A stretch of DNA of 64,000 nucleotides from Ophelia neglecta (taxonomy: Eukaryota), in the NCBI GenBank assembly GCA_965285935.1, contig OZ260662.1:48918001-48982000 (forward strand), given 5' to 3'. Both the position numbers and the translations under genes were made by a program. How positions within the stretch are numbered: the stretch's first letter is position 1; each line of letters opens with the position of its first letter. The notes under the pieces were generated by a model. That model worked only from the letters and a program-made list of their open reading frames with translations. It had not been told where the DNA came from and made no database searches. This document shows, piece after piece, positions 39,701 to 51,700 of the stretch.

Positions 39701-42700
39701 TGGTATGTGGCTTGTCATTGCTTGGATGTGACCAGGTGGTCAGTGGCTTGTCATTGCTTGGATGTGACCAGGTGGTCTGTGGCATGTCATTGCTTGGATG
39801 TGACCAGGTGGTCTGTGGCTTGTCATTGCTTGGATGTGACGATGTGGTCTGTGGCTTGTCATTGCTGGGATGTGACCAGGTGGTCAGTGGCTTGTCATTG
39901 CTTGGATGTTACCAGGTGGTATGTGGCTTGTCATTGCTTGGATGTGACCAGGTGGTCAGTGGCTTGTCATTGCTTGGATGTGACCAGGTGGTCAGTGGCT
40001 TGTCATTGCTTGGATGTGACCAGGTGGTCTGTGGCTTGTCATTGCTTGGATGTGACAAAGACCCAGGTGAAAATCAATACCAATTCTATGTGGCCATTGG
40101 CCAACTAGAAAGAGAGGTAAATCAGACTGAATGAAATGTGATAACTATGATGAAATGAATACTTCCAAACTGCTAGGTGAGATGAACCAACCTATAAATA
40201 TTATGAAATGTTGCTCCCAGCTAACCCAGAAACCTAATCTACAAAGTCTGTGAATCTTGCCTGGAATTGATTTAATTAATTTTTTTCTGTATTTTTCAAG
40301 GCTGTTTTTTTTAAATCAGGCATTTAATTTAGTTTGAAATGGTAAATATTCAAGGTTGAATATAGGTCAGTGGCCTAGGCTCAGTTGTCTTATATCCTTT
40401 TTTTGTACATATTTCTGTTTTATACGTGAAACTAACAGTGTTTCCTTCAGCTATATATGGCACATAGGAATTCCCTGGTCTGAGATACATATGCTGACAG
40501 GCAGTGTGTACTTAATAAGATATAGAAGTTCTTTCATCACAAAGGTAGCTATGTCATCTTCACCTATCACCTGAAAGGCACCAAATAACGTCATTCCTAT
40601 CTTCATGACCAAAGAGCTCCCCGAGTGTTTTTAGTTAGAAGTGCCCATCAGTGAAAGGAATCCCTGCTCTGAGACATTCCATCATCAACACATAGGAAAT
40701 AATGCTGGGAGATGCATTGCGTTCCTTCGTCACACATTGTGGTTGTCAGGGTTCATTTCTTTGTCATTGTGATTGTATTGAAAATAATGAGGGCAAACTA
40801 TCCAAAGTTTAGACAACCTTACAAATATTATTCTTATATATTGTACACAGCAAAGGAAAACAAGCACACATGGCTCAAGAGAAGCTCGGAATGAGGCTTG
40901 ACATGTACCAATTGTTCTGTTGAAGAAATGTGCTGTGATATGACTGGAGGTATTAAAAGCTTACGGCCCACTGTCCTTGGAATACCTACCTGGCAGCTGG
41001 TCAGTTGTGTAAAGCATGTGGCTACCTCCCTGTGGTAATATCAGGGAAGGCAGTGTTCTTGAATGCTTCCACTGCAGTTCAAAGGTATTGTTTCTAATGA
41101 ATGTATTATCATTGGTGGAACAAACTGGAAACAAATTGATCTGTCCCCCTGGCCTAGCATTAATACCAGAAGAGTTCAACTATATTCTGTTATCATACAA
41201 GTATATTGAGTATTGATTAGCCACTAAACACTGAACAGCTTATTGTTGTTACTGGGGTCTGTATATGATCTCCCTGAAGTTTGTTTCTGTGGTCATGAAG
41301 CATAGAAGTATGATGCTTTGGGCGCCGATAAGTATACTTTGTCTGGTATAATAATTAACCAAAAGTTGCTGGGCTGGGAGTAATGATATCAAAATTGATG
41401 GCATGACAGTGTGTTATTGATGTGTTTAATTAGTCCCTGATATTGTCAGTATTTGCCACATGTGTCATGTTAACATATTATTATACAATAACTTCATATA
41501 CAGAGGTGTTGTTCATATTACTTGTTGGAGGTTTTAGGAGACCTGAAAGCTGGAAATCAAAAAACACTGTCTAAAGGAGACATGTTTACCATGAACTATC
41601 ATCATTGCAAGTAACAGCTATTAAAAGTCAAATTAAAGTTATGCTTTTGATATACCACAGAGATATCTTGTTACTGTATGTTGGTGGGCATTATCCCAGA
41701 GATTTAAGAGCACCAGGGGATCACTTTAAAAATGGATCTCCTTGGAGGTGTCACTTCCAGCCGGCTGCAGCAAAAACTACTCTAACACCTGCTTTATGAT
41801 GTGAGAGGAAGGCAATATTTGTCATGGCAATAATAAATAGTGTGCATTGTAGATTAGATATCAGAGTCTACAATTGAGTTCTCGTATTATTACAGCACTT
41901 AAAAGAGCTGTCACCTGTTGGAGGTTGCCTTGGAACAAGTTTAATGCTTGACCCCCCCCCCCCCCCCCCCCTAGTTATGAATGAAAGTTGTTCAGTAGAT
42001 TCCCATATTAGGATCTAAATCAAACTAGATTGACTTTTTTAACAAGATAAAAAGTTGAAAGAGGAATTAGAACATTATGCACAATCATTTCTTTTGCTGG
42101 GATCAAGGGTCTTTTTCTTTCCATCAATTTCCATTACACAGCATGCAACAATAGCACAAGGGTCACTTTACATGAAGGGGGTCTAGAGGCGGGCTGTCTG
42201 GTTTAATCCCTCCTAATAATGCAGCCATGCGTATAACACCTAACCAGCCTTACTATATCAGTGTGAAACCCAATCAGATGTCGCTGCTCATCTGGGCCAC
42301 CTGGTGACGAGGGAATGATTCAGGTGTAAAGATGTCTCACCTCACTGATCAGCGAGATTGTGTGGAGAGTGGAGAACATCTGGAGTTTTACAAACAGGGT
42401 TTGTTTTGTATACCTGCCTATTGATGAGAACCTGTATATCCTGCACTGGGGCACGGAGGCCTGCAGCTAACTACAGCTAACTACAGCTAACTGCACAGCT
42501 AACTGCACGGCTAACTACAAGGTGTGCTACACGGTGTGACTGTAATCAGTTTGCTGGGTGGTCTACCACCATGTATACTGGAGACATACCACAGATCACA
42601 GGACACATTGTCAGGTAAGGAAATTCCTGCTCCGCTGGTGTCTCTTGTCTCTGCCTCTCTCACAGCGCCTTCTTTGATAGCTCCGTCTTTGATTCCTCTC

Positions 42701-45700
42701 ACTTAGATGGTACTATGATAACACCCTGGCTTGGTGAGATGGCTGGTCTCTAATTCTGCCAGGAAGGCATTGGATACATTCTTTTAAGTTTTTGCTTTAT
42801 CTACATGAACCTTACATCTTGAAGTCTGCTCAGCTCTGTAGCAAGTACAATTGAACTGAGTTGAAGCCCAGCTTGTGGGGAGCAATTCATATCTATCTGC
42901 AAGGTGCTATTAAATCTCTTATTTTCTAAATTGCCAGTAACAATGATAAACTTCAAGGTGTATTTTGTTATTAATAGTTTATTTTATAGCCTGTCCATAT
43001 AGTTTGTATTTTCAATCGTTCATTTTGGCATTTTATATTTTATTAGTTTGTATTTTTAGCAGCTTCATTATTCCCACCTGCATGCCCTGTCATATTTGCC
43101 TGTGGAGACAAGCCATGCATAATTATGACCTGTATGTACTGGTGTGAGGAGTAAGGACAGGTGTATGCTACAACAGTCCTCTGACTTTTTGACAGATAAC
43201 AAAACTCTAGAACACAAAAAACTATGCATGCAGAGAATATTTAAAAGAATGGCATTGTTTTCATTCCCGTATCCTTGCCACAGTATAATTTCGGTCAGTC
43301 ATTGAGGAAGGTTACGTTTCATGCCAACCATCCATTAAAAATACCAAGGTTACTTAGGTGGACCTGGCAATGTATATTTATGACCAAAATGTGGAAACTC
43401 GGAAAATGTTTATTTATGTTCCTTGTGTAAGTAGGACACAGACATTTGGTGTGTTGGTTTTCCCATGACAGGGGGCTGATGGCTCCAGTCTCAATTTATG
43501 CTGATGTATAGGATTTGGTTAATGTGTTTGTGTTTCCCCTTTAATTGGATTTTAATTAATTGTTATAAATTTCTCTTACAAGTAATGCCACATTATAAGG
43601 TAAACAAGGCAACAAGGTGATATTTTGACATTAAAGGTAATATGACCGTAATATGACCGTGCAATGTTTCACCCAAACACATGAAATCCAAGAGTTTCAA
43701 TTTCCACTCCTGGGTTGAGGTTGAACATAGAGGCCTTTGTAGACCCAGAGACCACAGAGCCATCATCTCCTATCTGTAATGTGATACTGACAAGTTAATA
43801 ACTCAATCTAAACTTGGACTGCACAAGAGCCTGCTAGATTAAAGTTTTATACACTTTTATCCAGGTAAGCTTTTTAATCGATGCAGGTGTGATGTTGCCA
43901 TGTGTACCTGAATTTGCAAACAGCTGAGAAGAGAACATACAGCGCTAATCTCATTTGGCAGTGATAAGCACAGTTTTACAAGGTTTTATGCCTTATTTCG
44001 GACACAGCTGGAGTGCTTTATTGTGGAGATTTGGTCCAATAGTTGACAGCAGACACTGAACATGTTGAATGTTTACAATGGCAGCATGAGCTTGTGGAAA
44101 TTGGGAGTGTGGTGTGAGAGGGACTGGTCAATAATCTTATCTCCTTGAGCCAATATCATTACTAGACCGATCCCAGAACTGTGCCACAAATAACAAGAAA
44201 AGGGGTCAGAACCATTTATTAATGTCCTATTAATGAAATATAACCAGCTTTGAACCAGGGCTACCAAATGAGAGGTAAATTATACATTTTTGTGGTATAC
44301 ATACACTTCCACTTGTTGCCTTATTGGAGGCATATGTCATTACCAGAAATGGTTCAACAGTATTATTGTGCACTATGTACAAAGAATTCTTTTGTAGTGG
44401 ATGTCAGTCCCACAATACAAGGGTTTCTCACATTTATATAAAGCAACCTTCCTAGTAAGATTTCCATCAATTGTATGTTATTTCTGTGGTGAGCGTGCCT
44501 GATTATGAAGCTGATAGGTGGGAGAATAAATCCCTATAAGACGGGGTGGGTGTAAATTGTGTTCTGTACATCAGGCCTGACCAACATAATGATGAGAAGG
44601 AAATGTGTAAGGTGAGTCACAGCTTAGTTTAAGTGCCGGTTGAGTCCGACACAGTACTAAAAGTTAATTTTTACTGTCCCCAAACAGGCCTGGCCTTGTT
44701 AGCCGTTGATTTCAGCAATGGAGCCCACTAATGAAAGGCCATGATTTCACATTCTGCTTTGTAGCTGGAAGGAAAAAACTGAGGCCAGCTTGTCAGACTT
44801 ATTGGTGCATTTTCATTATGGCAGCCATTTTCATTAGAGCCATGGCGGCCTGTTTGGTGTTATTGATGTGTATGGGATGAAGACTAGGATAATGGCCACT
44901 GTGGCTTTAGTGCCTGTCATAAAATTGATTAAGGTAAAAATCAATTAGATTTTACCTGCCAGCATAAATGAGTGATATCTGAATGGAAGACTAGAGAAAG
45001 AGCAACATTTAATAGGCAAGCTCTGCCTATATAATACATACTTAAAAGGTGAAAATCAGTAATTTTCTCAGACCAGAAATCCTCATGCTTGTTATTCAAC
45101 ACTTCATTCAATACACCCCAGGGTGCTTTCCAAGTCCATTTCAATTGTAAAATTGGTCCTAATGTTTGGTGAAAGTATACCATTAACTTACTTGGGCAAG
45201 TTTAGGCAAGTTGGTAAAATTGTTAGCATATGTGTGTGGGGGCTGGATAAGAGTATTGTGCCAAGAGAGTGTAGCTGGCAGTAGGCAGAGGTGTGTGATT
45301 AGTTGTCAGGTATTGTTTGGTGTTTGATAAGGGTGGTTTAATGAGACAATCATCACCCATTGTCCTGCCCATTGTTCTGCCAATGCTCCACCTGTTCAGG
45401 TCTATTCCCACATCAGTGGTGGCTATTGTCTGGGGTGTGGTGATATCGGTGACCTCTCTCCAGGCTCCTTCCCACCCTATACTCGGGCTGTGATACTTGG
45501 TGAACTCGTCCAGAAAACCTGCCCATAGTTATTTTGTCTTGTGTAGGTGAGCTGTGTTCATATTATATATTTATTGCATAATAAAAACCAGACACATTAG
45601 GGATTATATTCTATACAGTTGTGAGCATTATGATATATTATATTTCATTCAATTCCTTATGAGCTGAATTCATGACATTTAAAGACAGACAAGGTGTCCA

Positions 45701-48700
45701 ATGTATAATAGTTTGATCTTTTGACATAGTACTGATACAATGCATGTAATATGATAGCTGTATTAATCTGGCACTTCCCTGCCAGCCAGCCCCCCCCCCC
45801 CCCCCCAAGACAAGGCCCCCAGGTGATTGCCCAGTGTTTGCCTAAAGCTGATATGGCTCAGTACCATAAAGCTGGCTGCCATCAGACCATATCAGATGGA
45901 GACCAGGCTGGGGAGAGGACACAGCCACTCTGATATCAGGAGCCAGTCCTGGTGGCAGACCGGCTGCTCCGCCCTGCCTCCATACTCCTGGTCTTTACTA
46001 TCCCTTCTTAGTGAGCGCTAACACTCTTGACATTAAAGGTTACAGAGATACCTTTTTCCTTGCATGACTTTTTTGCTACAACGTAAGGTGAGTAAGTTTT
46101 CATTGTAGCGGTTTGATTGATGTTATGTATGGGCATTGTGCTAGTGTAGACACTATATGTACAATGACAATTGGGGAGGCTGTGTAAAAAAAGGTTAATG
46201 TTGTAGACACAGTCTACTCAGCTTGGGCTTTACCTTTCAAGTTGCTGCTCTACCTTAATAGTGTTTTACAAAAACATGGTCCTGATCATATTGATGCATC
46301 TCTGATGTATAAATAGTGTGCCTTGCTCTCAAGGTGTATTAGAAATCAGTCTGGCTGGTACATGGGCTGGCCAGCCCTGTGAGCATGGTGTAATCTGTTC
46401 ATTTGGCCAGGTGCTGCTGACAGAGAGGGCGGGCTATACATGGCTTCCCCACTCTCTGTTACTAGCCTTTGTCCTCCACAACCCTGTCTGTCAGGAAGAC
46501 CCACTTGTGGTAATATTTGTTCAAAGCCTTAATCAGACAGGCCATGTACTCTGCAGAGGAGAACAAAGCCAATCATTGGTGTCAATAGTTACAATCATGG
46601 TTGAAATGCTAGCAATTGTTTTAGTACAGTGCATCTATATTCAGTTCTGATTGGTTCTAAACTGATCTAAGACTGCTTGTAGACAGGTTGTGGAGATATT
46701 GTACATGCCAATTTTCTTTGCCAGTGATTGTCTTCCTGATTGTTCTTATCTACCATTTAAATCTGGTTTTCAAATTAAGAACAGTCTCCACAACTGTCTC
46801 TCAAACTTCTTGTCCTCCATGATGGTACCTGAAATAACTACTCTGTGCACAGAGGTACCTGGACAATCCAGTCTTACCACAGGGACAATTCAATGTCTAT
46901 TATCTACTAAGTGGCATGAATGGTGTCATATGCATTTAAGCATTTTTTGAAACCAATTGCATTTATTTATTGAACCAGTTCTACACTAGTCTTTCCTTTT
47001 GATAAATTCAATCTATCAGTTTCTGTTTTACAACTATGTCTTCTGTTAATCAAGACACAGAGAGAAGTGTGAATGGTAACTGTATTGCCATGCCTGTTTC
47101 CTGGATGGTATACAGGTACAAACAGGTCATGTCAATCCCCTTCATCCACCTGTATAGTGTGCCAGGTTTAGGGGGGTATCGATATTGACCAGTACGGGGC
47201 CACCACAGCTATATTTGACCAACTCCCTGGCTCATTTTAATTTGTTTCTATAGCTGTAGTGTTTAAAGGAAGAGTGTGATTGATTAAAGACATTTGGAGC
47301 CTCCCTCACCATAGTGGCTGTCCTGGATTGATTCTGTGCTATCAGCTTCTAAAAGCCAATTCTTAGAGCCGCTGAGGAAAGGCCTTATTAGCAGATTTAT
47401 GAGGGGGCAGTTCTTAAACATATCATTACTTGAACTTGGCCTATGCATTATTTTGGCAATCTAAGTTTAAAAATGTTCAGATTTCCAAATTTGAGATCAA
47501 ATAAACTTAGTATTGTAACTACTTTGGAGTTAAATTTAGTGATCAAACATGGGTTAGAGATATCCTATTTGCTATTTTAGTTGATAATTGTTCATTTTTA
47601 TGTTAGAGTTTTCCAACTGCTGGTCATATGATACAATAATAGTACAGGGACCCAATCCTAATATGCTTATCTATAATTTTCAAAATTAACCCATTTAGAA
47701 AAAAACACCCCTTAAAAAGCATTTCCTAGTTATCATCCTTAAGTTAGGTTTCTTAGAATTCATCATATGAGACAAAGCTATATTATTGAGAGAATAAACA
47801 CCACAAAGATTCACATTAGTTCTGTACAAAAATATCTTGTTTGAGAAAAGAAAGTTGATTTTTTTTCCATTGGATATGATCCATGAAGAGAAGCTTCAAA
47901 CCAGTTACATATAGTTTTGATATTATCATCTTGAGACAGCAGCAAGATATAGTGAGTACAAAGAATCCAGTCAGTCGTCCTGATTACTTTTCGTTCCTCA
48001 TCATACACATGAGCACTGCCAATCTTCTCTGCCATATGAAAAAATGTGTATCTTTATTTTCACCTTATCTTGTATCACACACTTATCAGGTACATGAAAG
48101 TACACGGTTATATTACCTGGCCTTAGGAACTTGTCATGTCTAGTAACCTAGTATAGGTGTGTCCTGGCAGTTATCTGCACCTCTTGATACCCAAGTGGAT
48201 TCTAGTTATACATGGCTTGGGCGTTTTACCTGTATTATATGCCCCAAACTGGCATATTGAGAGACAATTTCCCATATCCTATCAAGCTTAGATAAGTAAT
48301 CAGGTTCATGCTCCATTGTTGGTGATAGGAAGTGGGCTTCATGCATAAATAATGCCTCCATAAATTCCAGCCACTGACTTGGCATGGTTTCCCTGAATAT
48401 GCATTCATGAAAGGCAATCTGATTAAGTATTGAATTTGTTTGCTCAAACTTTAATAACCGGTACATCTCTGATATCCCTCATGATATGCAGCGGGCCACT
48501 AATGCTAATGTATGGTGTGCATGGATCAATTTTTCATCTTTTAATATGCAGCTGTATCAATTAAAGGTTGGCAGTTATAGCTGGCAACAGATATTTGCAT
48601 GTTTTTTTTTAGCAATTTGCATATCCCATAAACTATAAATAATATTTGGAGGGGCCATGATGGTGGGAAGTAGTATTAACATGTAGATCAATGGCTATCC

Positions 48701-51700
48701 AAGGTATTTCCAGTTTGGAGAGGTGCTTCCTGGCATTCATCTAACCTCAAGGATACGTCTGATCTGGATACCTAACAGATAACATTGAAACTACAGGTAC
48801 TGGCTAACTGGGGGTGTCTGGGGGAAGGGGTGGAGCAGGGGCCTGTATCCTTTATTAATAAATATAAGGCCATATGTGTTAATTCTGATTAGCTTGAATG
48901 TAGTCATGTGTTATTAATATAATAATTTGATGTCGCCAAAGGTACCCCTGTAGAGTAAACTATCGAGCAGTGGCTAACATTGTTATGTCCATGAAGCTAA
49001 TCTTTGTACAACAAGTGAAATGGTTTAACAACAGTCAGTGTGTACATGAAACATAAAATGTCCTAAAATGCTGACAGTGCAATAGGATATGGGGTGATTG
49101 TGTAAACTTTCATGATAAAATTGTGGTCATGTTTCATGTTCGCCGCAGCATGGGCACTGTGGTATGTTAATGTGTGAATTACAAGCGTATTTTACCAAAT
49201 TGTAAAACCTAGCATGTGACTGCTGTGCTGTAACTAGGATATTAGCTACAATAAAACATGCTGGGCAAACAATATATACACTTGTAAGGGAAATAACTTT
49301 ATTGAGAGTGAATATCCAAACCCCAGAATCCAAGCGTGCAGGGCCAAATGATATTAAGTGTGCTGGCCACTCTTCTGATGGCGATTTCTTTTTTGATTAT
49401 GACCTCACAAATGTGTGGCATGGTCTCCATGCATCTAACCCCATGCCTCTACAGGGCACTTGAATGGAGGTAGAAATACAGCTGTCCTTACTCTCCATAA
49501 GGTGAGCTCCAGACACTGACTAAAAGGTTGTGAATTTGTCCGGTATCTGAAGTGTTTTATTCCAAACATATTGTATATGCAGTGTTTATAATTAATTAGC
49601 TTAAAACTAGATTATTATTAAAGTTTTCAACACAGTTTTAGCATTCTTTTTTAACTGATACCTTATGAATATGAGTCATCCAGTCAGGTTGCATTGTAAT
49701 AATATCCCACAAAAGCGAGTTAGAAGTGGTTAGTTTTGTTTTCACATGATGTACAGTCTATTGCTGTAGTCTTGTAGCATTGTGTGTATCTGGTAACATA
49801 CTTGTTATGATTCATGTTTTTACCAGATGCAGTTTTGCTTTTGAGCTGGAATAATATTTATTTATTGGGAGATGTGCTCCAAGGTGAGCGTTTTGACAGC
49901 TATTCAGATAGAGGGATGGCGACATCAGTTCAGCTGCCAAAACATGGATTTCTAGCATTCTTATGGAATTCTCACTGCATTGGGGTGTATAGGCCACAGT
50001 CAAACAGTTATTAATCACTGGGCAATGATGCCATTAGTGAAACAATAACAGTTTAATGGGAATCAATTCCTCCTCAGTCATGTTGAAGAAGGTGATCCAT
50101 TTATTATATATGCAAATAAGGGAAGCTGTGAAGAATTTGGCTGGGTTCCTGTGAATTTCAATTGATTGTAGGACTATTTGGACATGGCTGACTGGTTGCT
50201 GGGTGGAGGCTGAGGGCAGGCAGTGTTAGCATTGTGCCTCTGGAACACCAGCCTCTATTCAAAACCCTTCTCAGGTATGATAATTAATGTGACTCCAGAA
50301 AAGATCATGTCATTTAAGTTGATTGTTAGATTTATAGATTTGTTACTAAAAATAATATGAGGGGGGGGGGGGGGGGGGTGGGCTTAGGTTGAAAAATTAT
50401 ATCGGGAACTTTCAAATGTATGAAAAATTGTTTGAGGTATTGATTGTGGGAGGTGTGTCTATTACAGGTAGGATATTTACCCTGTGTATAAAACAAAGTG
50501 AAAGATGAATTTCCATGAAAGGAGAAAGAGTAAAATTATCAGAAAATCAGATTTGTCAGCCAAGGGGAAAAAGGTAAAACCCATGTTCATATACATAAGT
50601 CTTACTGTAAAAGAAACTGGCCATTTTACCAAGTCATGGAGAAATCAGGCAAGTACCTAAAGGAGGAGGCAGACACCTCAGCAGGCTGCTGTGGTATATG
50701 GTATATAGAGACAAGGGTATACTGCTGGCCAGCATCTCACTACTTGTATGGAGGGACAGGTGCCATGCCAGGGACAGATAGGTTGACAAGCAGGAATGCT
50801 GATCATCACAATCATTGAAATAACGATAATAGGCATGGTGATAATAGGCAATGCAGGCTGGAGGGATGGCATTAACATGTAGGTGCGTACACAACTTCCA
50901 TTAGCAAGAATTGTTCCTGGTCAGTGAGTTGTGTATAGGCTACATGTCTCCTCCCATGTGTACATGTGCATGTGTAGGCATTAGTGTACAAGGGTCCAAA
51001 TTGAGGCAGACAAGGCTCTGAGCAGGCCCCATGTTTTTTATTGAAGCAAAGTTTAGACTTTTAAAAAATGTTTAGAATTGAGCCTACTTTTTAATGTCCG
51101 ATGTGGGTGAGGCCAGTCAAATTTGACCAGGGAAGGTAACTAAGGAGCCTCTCTCATTTTGTGGACCCTTGTAGGCCCACATGGTTAATATACCAGCTGT
51201 AACAATAGCTCCCAGGGTGATTTGTACTACCAGAAAGAAACCACAGAGGAAACTAACTTGGTTATCATGATATCAATAGGAAACATGGAGCTATATATTT
51301 AGGATTATTCATACTGAGCAGGATTAATGACGTATTAGACATATATTATGATTAAGGTTTGAACACAACTGATTGGGACAGAGAATAATTGTGGCAGTCA
51401 GCAGGAGGGTGGCCATAAAAAGGCTTTGTGTATCAATGTATGTCTTTCTGATTGGTCAGGAGCAATTAGGCATGTTATGTACATCAATCAGAGACTCCAA
51501 GACAATGCCCGCTTATTGGTCACTCAGTAATTATCAATATAATGAATATATATATTTATAAATCTATTTAGCTATGTATCAGGAATTTATTATTAAATAG
51601 AAGGCCTAGCTCTGTATAGGTTTCTTCTAGTTTTCTGATATTTGCTTGTGGGGTGAATAATCTTCTGAACATTAATTATCTTCATTCAATACATATTAAT

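Noticed and set aside
42325-42392. Long imperfect hairpin in the module-1 leader
   Set aside because: Needs several one-sided bulges, so it is not miRNA-like; at most weak UTR structure.
16546-44994. Partial matches to miR-124 (16546), miR-9 (18001) and miR-7 (44984)
   Set aside because: Matches are short or break the mature sequence, and I saw no pre-miRNA hairpin around them.
48206-48466. Minus-strand protein-like ORF (MPSQWLEFMEALF...) with CAG|GTAAAA
   Set aside because: Weak acceptor, no recognisable domain and no partner exons; reads better as a TTTATG-rich non-coding block.
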